A stretch of 63,042 nt of DNA, counting the filler, from Chiloscyllium plagiosum (taxonomy: Eukaryota), in the NCBI RefSeq assembly GCF_004010195.1. It is 5 parts of one record of this genome, joined end to end, with 100 filler letters (N's around TTAATTAATTAA, not from the genome) between each part and the next. Parts side by side here need not be neighbours in the genome. Positions count along the whole stretch, not along the records: positions 34,457 to 56,582 come from NC_057716.1; positions 56,683 to 63,042 come from NC_057716.1; 3 more parts are not named here. One strand, 5' to 3'. The translations under genes and the position numbers were made by a program. Below the pieces are notes generated by a model. The model was not told where the DNA came from. It saw nothing but the letters and a program-made list of their open reading frames with translations, and ran no database searches. Every line of letters starts with the position of its first letter. Positions within the stretch are counted from its first letter, which is position 1. Positions 51,195 through 63,042 of this stretch are shown here, one piece after another.

Positions 51195-51900
51195 CACAGA
51201 ATCACGGAATTGTTTAGGTGCAGCAGGAGGCCATTTGACCCAGCGTTAAATGAACATCATTACCTTGTATCCATCTCCTGCCCTTTCCCCTTATCCTTAC
51301 ACAATGTTTCTTTCCAAATAACCATCCAATACCCTCTTGAGAGTCTCAGTTGAATCTGCCTCCATCACATTTCCGGGCAGTGTATTCCACATGCTAACCA
51401 CTCACTTGGTGAAAATGTTTTCCCCACATCACTTTAAACCTCTGGCCCCTTCTTTTTGATCCTTTCATGAGCGGGACAGATTCTTCCTATCCCTCTGCCC
51501 AACCTGCTCATGATTTTGAAAACCTTTTCCCAATCTCCTCTCAGCCTTCTTCTCTCAAAAGAAAACAATCCAAACATCTTCAATCTATCCTCATTACTGT
51601 AGTTTCTCATCCCTGGAACAGAGAGTGGTGGGTGCATGGAATGCACTGCCAGTGGTGATGGTAGAATCAGGTTCATTAGGGACATTCAAGCGACTCTTGG
51701 AGAGGCACATGGAAGATAGTACATTGAAGGGTATGTGGGTTAGTTTGATATCAGGGTAGGAAAAAAGGTAGGTACAACATTAAGGGCTGAAGGGCCTATA
51801 CTGTGCTGTACTGTTCTTTGTTCATTCCTATAAATCGCTTTCTGCAATCTGTCCAATGTATTCACATTTTCCCTATAATATGGGCTCACAATTGTACACA
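51195..51900 (-). mobile_element. CR1 3' fragments (minus strand, with a nested plus-strand piece at about 51620-51825)
   Basis: EDRLKMFGLFSFERRRLRGD. Confidence 0.75.
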
Positions 51901-52188
51901 ACCGGACATGATCAAAGTACCGTCCTTGTCCCGCTCACCTAAGCTGCGATTGAGTTTAACAGCTTTCACCTGAAATCTATTTGATTCAGGGTCTCCAGAA
52001 CATGAGATTTATCACAAAGAGACACAGGGCCAATCAATTCCTAACTGGCTCCGCCATCCTTTTAGGCATTGAGCTCCAGAGCCCTCAGAATGCAAACATT
52101 TCCTCTTGGATTTGGCTGGAATCAATGATTCCCCTCTCAAGCTGCACTGGGGACAGTCCAGAGAACACTCATTCAGCGGACACCAGGT

Positions 52189-53624
52189 ATGGAGGAACAT
52201 GGAACATCAAAACATGGAGCACAGAACATGGAAAATAGAACATGGAACATCAAATCATGGAACACAGAACATGGAATATTTTAACATAGAACACAGAACA
52301 AGAAGCATCGGAACATGGAACACAGAACTTGGAACATAGAAATTGAAACATGGAACACAGAACATGGAACATTGGAACATGGAACACAGAACATGGAGCA
52401 TAGATCATGGACCACAGAGCATGGAACATGGAACATCGAAACATGGAACATCGAAACTTGGAACATAGAATATGGAACATAGAACATGGAACATCAAAAC
52501 ATGGAACATCAAAACATGGAACACAGAACGTGGAATATCGAACCATGGAACATGGACCATAGAACATGGAACATACAACATGGAACATTGAAACATGGAA
52601 CATCGAAACATGGAACATAGAACATGGAAAACGGAACATGGAACATCGAAGCATGGAACATCGAAACATGGAACTCAGAGCATGGACAACAGAACACGGA
52701 ACATAAAACATGGAACATTGAAATATGGAACATCAAAACATGGAACATAGAAAATGGAACATCGAAATATGGAATGTGGAACACAGAACATGAAACATAG
52801 AACATGGAACATTGAAACTTGTTCCATTGAAACATGGAACATAGAACATAGAACATTGAAGCATGGAACATTGAAACATTGAACATAGAACATCGAACAT
52901 AGAACATGGAACATAGAACATACAACACAAATCATGGAACATTAAAACATGGAACATCAAAACATGGAATATAGTACGTGGAACATAGAACATGGAACAC
53001 ACAATGTGGAACACATAAGATGAAACATAGAACATGGAACATTGAAACATGAAAAAGAGAACATGGAACACAGAACATGGAACATTGGGACATGGAACAC
53101 AGAACATGGAGAATAGAACATGGAATATTGAAACATGGAACACAGAACATGGAACACAGAATGTGGAACATAGAACATGGAGCATGGAACATGGACCACA
53201 GAACATGGAACATAGGGCATGGAACTTCGAAAGATGGAACATGGAATCGTGGAACATTGAAACATGGAACAGGGAACATAGAACATCGAAACATGGAACA
53301 TAGAACATGGAACATTGAACCATGGAACACAGAACATGGAACATAGAACATGGAACATCAAAACATGGAACATAGAACATAGAACACAAACCATGGAACA
53401 TTAAAACATGGAACATCAAAACATGGAATATAGTACATGGAACATAGAACATGGAACACAGAATGTGGAACACATAACATGGAACATAGAACATGGAACA
53501 TTCAAACATGGTACACAGAACATGGAACACAGAACATGGAACATAGAACATGGAACATTGGCTCATGGAACATTGGAACATGGAAAACAGAACATGGAGC
53601 ATAGTACATGGACCACAGAACATG
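52189..53624. repeat. Degenerate 7-bp (GAACATR)n satellite running into a gap
   Basis: Direct reading; source of the MFHVPCS pseudo-ORFs. Confidence 0.95.
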
Positions 53625-54124
53625 NNNNNNNNNNNNNNNNNNNNNNNNNNNNNNNNNNNNNNNNNNNNNNNNNNNNNNNNNNNNNNNNNNNNNNNNNNNN
53701 NNNNNNNNNNNNNNNNNNNNNNNNNNNNNNNNNNNNNNNNNNNNNNNNNNNNNNNNNNNNNNNNNNNNNNNNNNNNNNNNNNNNNNNNNNNNNNNNNNNN
53801 NNNNNNNNNNNNNNNNNNNNNNNNNNNNNNNNNNNNNNNNNNNNNNNNNNNNNNNNNNNNNNNNNNNNNNNNNNNNNNNNNNNNNNNNNNNNNNNNNNNN
53901 NNNNNNNNNNNNNNNNNNNNNNNNNNNNNNNNNNNNNNNNNNNNNNNNNNNNNNNNNNNNNNNNNNNNNNNNNNNNNNNNNNNNNNNNNNNNNNNNNNNN
54001 NNNNNNNNNNNNNNNNNNNNNNNNNNNNNNNNNNNNNNNNNNNNNNNNNNNNNNNNNNNNNNNNNNNNNNNNNNNNNNNNNNNNNNNNNNNNNNNNNNNN
54101 NNNNNNNNNNNNNNNNNNNNNNNN

Positions 54125-54343
54125 ATTTACCCCTGACTAATACACCTAACACTAGAGGCAATTTCCCATGGCCAATCCACCCTGACCTGCACATCTTTGG
54201 ACTGTGGGAGGAAACTGGAGCACCTGCAGGAAACCCACGCAGACACGGGGAGAATGTGCAAACTCCACACAGTCAGTCGCTCGAGACTGGAATCGAACCT
54301 GGGACCCTGATGCTGTGAGGCAACAGTGCTAACCACTGTGTCA
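54125..54343 (-). mobile_element. HE1-type SINE, 5' two-thirds
   Basis: Reverse complement of CAGTGGTTAGCACTGTTGCCTCACAG..GGTTCGATTCC plus V-domain. Confidence 0.88.
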
Positions 54344-54344
54344 C

Positions 54345-55410
54345 TCTGCAATATTAACATCCCTCTCCCGAGACTCACCAGCCACCATGTCCTTCCCCTT
54401 CATGGATGCTGATATAAAGCATTAACGACCTCCTCCTTTTTCTCTGGCTCCATCTGCAAATCCCCTCCTTTGACCTTGAATGGACCTACCCTTTCCCGGG
54501 CTTACCCTCTTGTTCCTTATTTACGTGCAAAATGCCTCGGGATTTTCCTTTCTCCTGTATACCAAGGACGTTTCTTGGCCCCTTTCAGCCCTCCCAATCC
54601 CTTGTTTAAGTTCTTGCCTGTTATCTTTGTATTCTTTGAGGGATCTGTCTACTTTCAGGTTCCTGGATCTTACATATACCTCCTTTTCCTTTTTGACTAA
54701 GCTCTCAATTTCTCCTGTCTTCCAAGGTTCCTGAATCATGCCATCCTTATCCTTCACTTTCACTGGAACGTGCTGGACCTGAACTCTAACCAGTTGGCCA
54801 TATGCCAGATGTGGATTTACCCTCAAATAAGCGATCCGCTTGGTTCCTGCTGAATATTGTGGTCATTAGCTTTCCCCCAATTTAATACTTTCATGCAAGG
54901 ATTAATCATACACTTATCCATAAGAAACTTAAACCTGACAGAATTATGGTTACTATTCCTGAAATTGTCCCCCACTGAAACTGATCTCCTGCCCGGGACT
55001 TTCCCGGGCCATTCCCAAGTTGGACTCTTCACAACTCCATCTTGGACACACCAAACAAACTTCCCCCAACCTAGCCCCTAGTACGAGGTGAGTCACAGTC
55101 AATCTCCTCACAACAACCCTGTTGTTTTACATGTTTCCATGGCCTGCCCACAGATGTGTTCCTGTATCACCCGCTGGCTGCTGGGAGGCCTGGAGTACAA
55201 TCCCATCAGAGCGATCGCACCCTTCCAACTCCTCAGCTTTACCCATAATGCCTCGCTGCGTGAGTCCTCCAAGGGATATCCTCCCTCAGTACAGCTGTGA
55301 TATTCTCCTTGATCAGTAATACAACCCGCCCCACCTCCTTTACATCCCTCTGTAACTCACCCGAAACCCGCAATGTTCAGCTGCCATTCTTGTCTCTCTC
55401 TCAACCAAGC
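54345..55410 (-). mobile_element. Decayed CR1 ORF2 5' half
   Basis: KENPEAF; NSNHNSVRF..KVLNWGKAN. Confidence 0.8.
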
Positions 55411-55490
55411 ACCACAGTTACATGTATTCATTCCCCACCCTCTGACTGAAGACATTTCTCTTCAGCTCAGGTTGTCCCTTCACTCTGAGG

Positions 55491-56069
55491 CTGTACCCTC
55501 GGGTCCTAGTCTCTCCTACTAGTGGAAAGTGACCTTGGTCTGTGACTCCTGTACCCTCGGGTCCTAGTCTCTCCTATTAGTGGAAACTAGCCTTGGTCTG
55601 TGACTCCTGTACCCTCGAGTCCTCGTCTCTCCTACTAGTGGAAACTAGCCTTGGTCTGTGACTCCTGTACCCTTGGGTCCTAGTCTCTCCTATTAGTGGA
55701 AACTAGCCTTGGTCTGTGACTCCTGTACCCTCGGGTCCTAGTCTCTCCTATTAGTGGAAACTGACCTTGGTCTGTGATTCCTGTACCCTTGGGTCCTAGT
55801 CTCTCCTATTATTGGAAACCAGCCTTGGTCTGTGATTCCTGTACTCTCGGGTCCTCGTCTCTCCTACTAGTGGAAACCAGCCTTGGTCTGTGATTCCTCT
55901 ACTCTCGGGTCCTAGTCTCTCCTACTACTGGAAACTGGCCTTGGTCTGTGATTCCTGTACTCTCAGGTCCTAGTCTCTATTAGTGGAAACTGGCCTTGGT
56001 CTGTGACTCCTGTACCCTCGGGTCCTAGTCTCTCCTACTAGTGGAAACTGGCCTTGGTCTGTAACTCCT
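55491..56069. repeat. 58-bp minisatellite, about 10 copies, derived from a CR1/CR1 junction
   Basis: CTGTACCCTCGGGTCCTAGTCTCTCCTACTAGTGGAAACTAGCCTTGGTCTGTGACTC. Confidence 0.93.
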
Positions 56070-56243
56070 GCTCAGTTACTTTACTTACTGACCTACTGCT
56101 CTGATTCCCTCCCCTCTGCCACAGTAACGTAAACCCTCTCGAGTGGCACTGCCAAACCTCCCTGCCAGGATGCTCGTGCCCCTCCAGCTTACATCTAACA
56201 CGTCCTTCTTGTCTGAGCCTCACCTGCCCTGGAAGCAATCCCA

Positions 56244-56582
56244 ATGATCCACAAGATAATCAGAGGGTTAGATAGTGTGGACAGGTCGAGTCTTTTACCA
56301 AGTATGGGGACGGCAAACATGAGGGGACACAACTTTAAAGTGAGGGGAGATAGGTATAAGACAGAGATCAGAGGTAGTTTCTTTACTCAGAGAGTAGTAA
56401 GTGTATGGAATGCTTTGCCTGCAACGGTAGTAGATTCGCCAAGTTTAAGCGCATTTAAGTCATCATTGGACAGGCATATGGGCGTACATGGAATAGTGTA
56501 GGTGGGATGGGCTTCAGATTAGTATGACAGGGCGGTGCAACATCGAGGGCCGAAGGGCCTGTACTGCGCTGTAATGTTCTAC
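56244..56582 (+). mobile_element. CR1 3' end
   Basis: SFFTQRVVSVWNALP. Confidence 0.9.
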
Positions 56583-58645
56583 NNNNNNNNNNNNNNNNNN
56601 NNNNNNNNNNNNNNNNNNNNNNNNNNTTAATTAATTAANNNNNNNNNNNNNNNNNNNNNNNNNNNNNNNNNNNNNNNNNNNNCTTCACACAATCCAGTCT
56701 AATAGATTCACTGCTCATATTGTGGTCGCCACTACCTTGGGAAATGAAGTCTGGATTGAATGACCGTTTTGCAGAATACAAAGTTCTACCGCCAAAAATG
56801 TCCCTGAGCTTCCAGTTGACTGCTCCTTTAGCACAGAACCATGTTTCCTCGCCAAGGTCTCTATCTCAGGCTTACTGCAGTGTTCCACCATAGCTCGGCG
56901 CATGCTGAAAAAGCAACAGACCATTTTCTGCTTGAGCACCCAGCGATCATCCATACCAATTTCAATCATTTTAGAGGCCTGAAGTCTCCCATATCCTGGC
57001 CCCCGACACACCCACCAGGCCTAGTTATAGCATAGCAACCATTACACAATACCTATGGTTAGTCATAAACAGTATCCGTGAACAGTTGTTAATGCTCCAA
57101 ACAAATCATTATCAATTCCTATGTCCAACTGTTAGTCTCTCTCTTTCGCTCTATCCCGACATCTCATTCACTTCTAATTACTGCGCCCCCACATATCTTC
57201 TGCATATAGACCAAACTTTTCCTGGAAATAATCAATGCTAAGGACGGCATCACTGGACCGAAAATGTTAACTCCCATTTCTCTTTCCAGCATCTTTTGGT
57301 CTTGCCCCTGAGGAAGCTTGATACTGTGCTTGTGTAATGACCCCCTGCACATAAGACACAACTGTGTTAATCCTGAAAAGTTCTCTTGTTGATGAATCCC
57401 ATTACAATGTGAGGCATTGGCATCGACTTCGTAGGTCAATAATTAAAGAAATCATGTGCTTGAATTTGTGCCGCAGATCTGTTCTGAATATGGAAAACAA
57501 CAGAGAGGTAAATCTCGGTCATGTCAGATGGGAACAGATAGGAATCTCCAAAAGAGGTGGAATTAAGTGAATGCTTTTCAGTTAGAGAAAATTCACACCA
57601 TTTCTCACTGTAATAGACTGTGGCTATCAAAACAAAATATTTTATCAACACAAAGTCTTAATACAGCATTTTCGAGTTAAAATATCTGAATGTTCTCCTT
57701 CCAGTGTGACAGTAGAGTTGTGTCAGCAAATGGGATAACNNNNNNNNNNNNNNNNNNNNNNNNNNNNNNNNNNNNNNNNNNNNNNNNNNNNNNNNNNNNN
57801 NNNNNNNNNNNNNNNNNNNNNNNNNNNNNNNNNNNNNNNNNNNNNNNNNNNNNNNNNNNNNNNNNNNNNNNNNNNNNNNNNNNNNNNNNNNNNNNNNNNN
57901 NNNNNNNNNNNNNNNNNNNNNNNNNNNNNNNNNNNNNNNNNNNNNNNNNNNNNNNNNNNNNNNNNNNNNNNNNNNNNNNNNNNNNNNNNNNNNNNNNNNN
58001 NNNNNNNNNNNNNNNNNNNNNNNNNNNNNNNNNNNNNNNNNNNNNNNNNNNNNNNNNNNNNNNNNNNNNNNNNNNNNNNNNNNNNNNNNNNNNNNNNNNN
58101 NNNNNNNNNNNNNNNNNNNNNNNNNNNNNNNNNNNNNNNNNNNNNNNNNNNNNNNNNNNNNNNNNNNNNNNNNNNNNNNNNNNNNNNNNNNNNNNNNNNN
58201 NNNNNNNNNNNNNNNNNNNNNNNNNNNNNNNNNNNNNNNNNNNNNNNNNNNNNNNNNNNNNNNNNNNNNNNNNNNNNNNNNNNNNNNNNNNNNNNNNNNN
58301 NNNNNNNNNNNNNNNNNNNNNNNNNNNNNNNNNNNNNNNNNNNNNNNNNNNNNNNNNNNNNNNNNNNNNNNNNNNNNNNNNNNNNNNNNNNNNNNNNNNN
58401 NNNNNNNNNNNNNNNNNNNNNNNNNNNNNNNNNNNNNNNNNNNNNNNNNNNNNNNNNNNNNNNNNNNNNNNNNNNNNNNNNNNNNNNNNNNNNNNNNNNN
58501 NNNNNNNNNNNNNNNNNNNNNNNNNNNNNNNNNNNNNNNNNNNNNNNNNNNNNNNNNNNNNNNNNNNNNNNNNNNNNNNNNNNNNNNNNNNNNNNNNNNN
58601 NNNNNNNNNNNNNNNNNNNNNNNNNNNNNNNNNNNNNNNNNNNNN

Positions 58646-58807
58646 TCCTGAAGAAGGGCTAATGCCCGAAATTCTTCATTCCTGAAGAAGGGCTAATGCC
58701 CGAAACGTCGATTCTCCTGTTCCCTAGATGCTGCCTGACCTGCTGCACTTTTCCAGCAACACATTTCCATCTCTGATCTCCAGCATCTGCAGACCTCACT
58801 TTCTCCT
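58646..58807 (+). mobile_element. PLE terminal fragment with tandemly duplicated hammerhead core
   Basis: CCTGAAGAAGGGCTAATGCCCGAAA at 58647 and 58681. Confidence 0.8.
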
Positions 58808-59989
58808 CATAAAATCTTGAGGGGCATGGATAGGCAACTGGACTAAATCGTTTGCGCAGGATGGTGAAGTTCAGAACTGGAGGGCACAGGTTTATGGTGA
58901 CAGGCACTGAGACACACTAAATAAGGTATAGAGAGTGAGAGAATGATGGTTGATTTCCAAGAGGCATTGCTTCAGCTCAGTCTTCGGTTTTAAAAATAAG
59001 CATTTTTTTCGTTTTAGTAGTTAAGTCGTGAATGGAACGTTAGGGGTACTAAAATTTAGTGATGTACCAATGAATAAGTGAGTGGGTACAATATTGTCCA
59101 ATGCACAATGAAATGGAGAATGCCATATTTATAAGGAACAATCGATAACGATCTTTTAAATAAAATGTGACGTTGCAGGACTCTGAAATACTCACCGAAC
59201 TGGCTGTGCTGGGTTTCTGAGTCACATTGACTTTTCTGCAGGAGCATCAAATGATTCGGAAGGCAAAATGATATTTTTCATCTGTTCAGCAGTGGCGAAG
59301 CAAATATATATTCCTCCATTCCTATCAGCACTTGACAAGGTGAGCATGCATTGCCTGATTGAAACATTCCAGTCCATGAAACTCTTTTTTTCTATTGATA
59401 AACAGGATGTAGCAGTTATTTAACTGCAGCTTTCCCTTTTCCTTTACCACTTTTAATATCCAAACATTCAGTTGAACTGACAGGATGCTGAATTCTACAA
59501 CAATTATTTCTTTTATCTCAGATATTCAGCCTCTGCATTTTTCTTTTCTTTAGCGATCTGAATGACCTGATATTTATGGGGAAATGAATGTTGCAGTTTG
59601 TCTCGCATGCGATAGAAGAATCAACTGAGTGGTGACAGCTGCATTTTAATTTTCCTGTGCAGTTGAAATGAGGTGGTGTCGAGTTAAAAGGGTGGATCCG
59701 GAAAAGTACATCTGGTAAGGCAGCATCTTTGGAGTAGGAAAGTCGATGTTTCGAGCATACATTCTTCGTCAGGAATGTTCGAAACATTGACAGTCCTGGT
59801 CCTCAGATGTTGCCGAACCGCTGTGCTATCTCGTGCCATCCTTCCTGACTCTAATCTCTCGCATCTGCAATCCTCGCCTTCTACTCAGTCGGGGTAGTGT
59901 TCGATGCTGTTCCTGAGATGTAAGAACATGTTCATAATGACAGTTTGGATATGCAGTTGGAAGCTCATCACTGATGAAATTCATTCTCC

Positions 59990-60465
59990 CCCTCCCAATC
60001 TGACAAGCACATGCAGGTCCCGCGCCTCCTTCATTGACATTCCCTGAACACCTGACGCCTGAAAGAAGAAGGCCTCATCTTTCCCTTGGGACCTTGATGC
60101 CACATGGGATCACCAGTTTCCTCATTCGCCCTTCCCTCACATTATTCTAGTTTCATGATTCCAACTCAGCATTGCCCTCATGACCTGCACATCACCTTTC
60201 CAACCTTCCCGCTCCACCTCCTGTCATAACTAGTAACTTATTCTCCACCTTTATCTACTCCTCGCATTCACAGCTATCACGGTCCCAAACCCCCGAACCT
60301 CCCATTTATCTATCAGTCCCCACGGCCACAAACCTCATTCCCGATGAAGGGTTTATGTCCGAATCATCAACTCTCCCACTCCTCGCATGCTGCCTGACCT
60401 ACTGTGTTTTCTATCACCACACTGTCAGCTCTGAGTTCTCGCATCTGCAGTTCTCACTTTCTCCA
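59990..60465 (+). mobile_element. Decayed Penelope-like 3' end
   Basis: cacatgcaggtcc...gaagaaggcctcatctt homologous to 35410-35500; degenerate hammerhead core and tail. Confidence 0.72.
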
Positions 60466-60734
60466 CGGGGCAGTATTGTGTAAAAGTCACATTAGTGGAA
60501 AAATGCAGTTGCTGTGGCTTTCTAAGTTGTCAATTTCATTTGCTCAATCGGCTCTTGCTGGAGTACTGTGTGTCTTTCTGCAATTATCATTATAGCAGGG
60601 ATGTAATAGCATTGGAAACAGTGCAGAACAGATTTACCAGGATATTGTCTGTTCGAAGAGTTTCACTTATGAAGATAATTTGGACGGACTGGGCTCTCAC
60701 AAAGATGTTCTCTTTTTTAAAAAGAGACGGAGCT

Positions 60735-63042
60735 GTACTTTTTCTCAAGGATAATGTCTCTTGATATCTTTTTTATCAAAGGCATTTTAAAACAGTTCGG
60801 GCTCCGAATCGGATGAAGTGTTACAGAGATGAAAGTGTTCACTGTGAGGCCTTTCGTTTCTCTGTAAACAGCTGAGGCTTAAGGCCAAAGATTTAATGTT
60901 TTAGAAATGGAAAAAGAGTGGTCATTCTGGAAAGTTGAATTCCGGTTTTTAGATCCTGCAGCAGTGGTGCACTAACTAATAACCTCTCTCCTTCTGCCCT
61001 TCTAATTTTTAACTGTAAGCTTCTATTTCATTTTTACTGTTTTTAAGGTACTTTTTTGAAAGGATTGTTGTGTATTTTCAGAACAGCATAAGTAAGTCTA
61101 CTTTGGATAGACTAAGTATCTGTGTATTCTATATTCTGTTGTTTGTTTTTCAATCCGTCATTTTATGAATAATTTTTGTAACTAGCTTACTCGGGTAATT
61201 TTCACTGTACGCTTTACGAAAAAAATATAACGTTACGGTCAGGGTTGTCTGCTTAATAACGTTTTGAATGGTTTAGCCTCGCCCATAATAAATTGGGAGG
61301 TAGTTGATGGATTAACAGAGCAACTGATAGGTGCTTGCGTCTTTGTTTCGGGTGTTGATTTGGATTAGGGTAGTCAATGCTTGGGAAGGCAATGTCTCAT
61401 TTAGGGACAAAGAGTTGTCTTGCTATGGACGATGTAAAGTTGGTAGTTTTACAAAAAATAATTCAGGCCGGGCTTCTGGAATTAGCAGACATACTGGGGT
61501 TGTATTTGCCTCTTTCTGTGAGGAAAGGATAAATCATTCCCGCAATAGCTCAGCATTTAACTAAGCTGGAAAATCCATAAGAATCTGTAGAGATGGTTAA
61601 AATTTATTTGAAAATGAAGCAGCTTGAGTTAGACTCGAGAGATAAGGAAAGGAAACCAGATTTGAAGCAGTTTGCGATACGATTTGAAGTAGAAAGAGGG
61701 AAGAAGAGAGAGCAGCAGAGCAGAGAGAAAGGAAGACATGGTTTGAACTTCAGAAATTGGCAATAATTAAAGGAATTCACCTAATAAGGCCGGAGATAAA
61801 GGCTGAATATAAGCTTAATCTGGAAGAGCATATTGTTAAAACGACAAGGTTAGCAGCTGAAATGGTTGATTGTTACGAAGTGGTTCATAAAACAAGGATG
61901 GGCTTCCAGAATCATTTTAAGTCTGAGGGAGAGAAATTGGGGCAAAGAGAAATCCTCACGTGGAAAGGGAAAGTTAAATCTCTGTGAAAATCATTAAGAT
62001 AACTTATCACAGGGTAAATAAGAAACTCTTGAAGGGAACAAGATCTGAGGTTTTCATTGCAATAAAGTAGGCCACATCAAATCAGTGTTGGAGAACTAGG
62101 GAAAACACTGGAAAGTCAGATGCAGGGAAACGAAACAAGTCTGGATGTTTTGTTGCCATGGCAATAGAAAGCACAGTGGAGGGTGGAAAGCTGCATCAGA
62201 GTGCACAAGCCGATCAGAGGTTGGCAAGGGGGAAGTGCCACATCTGCTTTAATAATATACCTGCAAAGTTAAAGTTCATTTACCTTGGCCAGGGGTTGCA
62301 GATAGACAGGCAACAATATTGAGGGACACAGGATCGTGCCTGTCTGTGATTCAGAAGGAGGGAGAAATATGTACTCCCGAAGAACTATGTATACGGGAAT
62401 TCATGGTGGGACGAAAAATTGCTGAGTTATGTACAGTGAGGCGAGAGTGGGCAGAAAGAATGGGGAAATTCTGGTGGGCGGTCTGGACAAACTCTCAGCT
62501 CCAAGAATGCAATTTGTGCTTGCAAATGATATAGCTCAATCACCGGTAAGCGTGCTGCCTACTCCAGATGAAAAGCCAGTCGAGATGCAGGCAAGTGCAG
62601 CAATGCAGGACGTTTATCAAGGAATTTTCCCAGATTGTGCCTTAACGCGATCACAGAGTCGCAAGCTGAAGCAGGACAAATCAAAAGGCACAGATATGGA
62701 AGCTGAAATATGATTACAAATTTTTTTGTCAGATAAGTGGGACACAGCAGGGGACAAGCGTTAATAATGCAAGTATATTCAGCTCTACTATGCTACTGAG
62801 TTACAGCAGAAAGATGAATAATTAAAGCAGTTGGATCAGAAGACATGTACTTGGAAGGAGAGTGAATGCATCCCCGTGTGATATTACTTAGCAAATGATA
62901 TGTTAAGGAGGAAGTGGAGAGCAACACATACTCAAGCAAGTGAGAAATGGGCAGAATTTATTTTTCCAGTAGGGTACAGAAAAGTGGTGCTGCGAGTGCT
63001 GCATGTGCCACAAATTGGAGGGTACGTAGGCGTGATGAAAAC
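60735..63042 (+). mobile_element. Decayed Ty3/Gypsy LTR retrotransposon, Gmr1-like: putative 5' LTR (to about 61290), gag, protease, start of integrase
   Basis: cataata|aattggg boundary; LEEHIVKTTRLAAEMVDCYEVVHK; FHCNKVGHIKS knuckle at 62052; ILRDTGS at 62316; FVLANDIA; PVGYRKVVLRVLH..IGGYVGVMK; LTR start approximate. Confidence 0.8.

Noticed and set aside
52250..53623. Met/Cys/His-rich metal-binding-like ORFs
   Set aside because: 7-bp satellite artefact

Overview
Repeat-dominated eukaryotic scaffold segment with N gaps and four artificial TTAATTAATTAA linkers. The repeat families (HE1-type V-SINEs, CR1/HER1 LINEs, Penelope-like elements, shark-type minisatellites) point to a cartilaginous fish, probably a shark; this is inference. 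Contents: many decayed CR1 fragments and one near-full-length copy (about 36.2-40.1 kb), Penelope-like remnants carrying minimal hammerhead ribozyme motifs, several SINEs, the 5' part of a decayed Gmr1-like Gypsy element at the right end, and more than a dozen tandem repeats, several visibly derived from transposon sequence. Almost all long ORFs in the track are repeat or gap artefacts. No known host gene is recognisable. Short minus-strand GT-AG segments in the unique islands can be chained in phase into a hypothetical 129-aa ORF (low confidence). No CRISPR array or prokaryotic system is present, and I cannot claim a confirmed new biological system.
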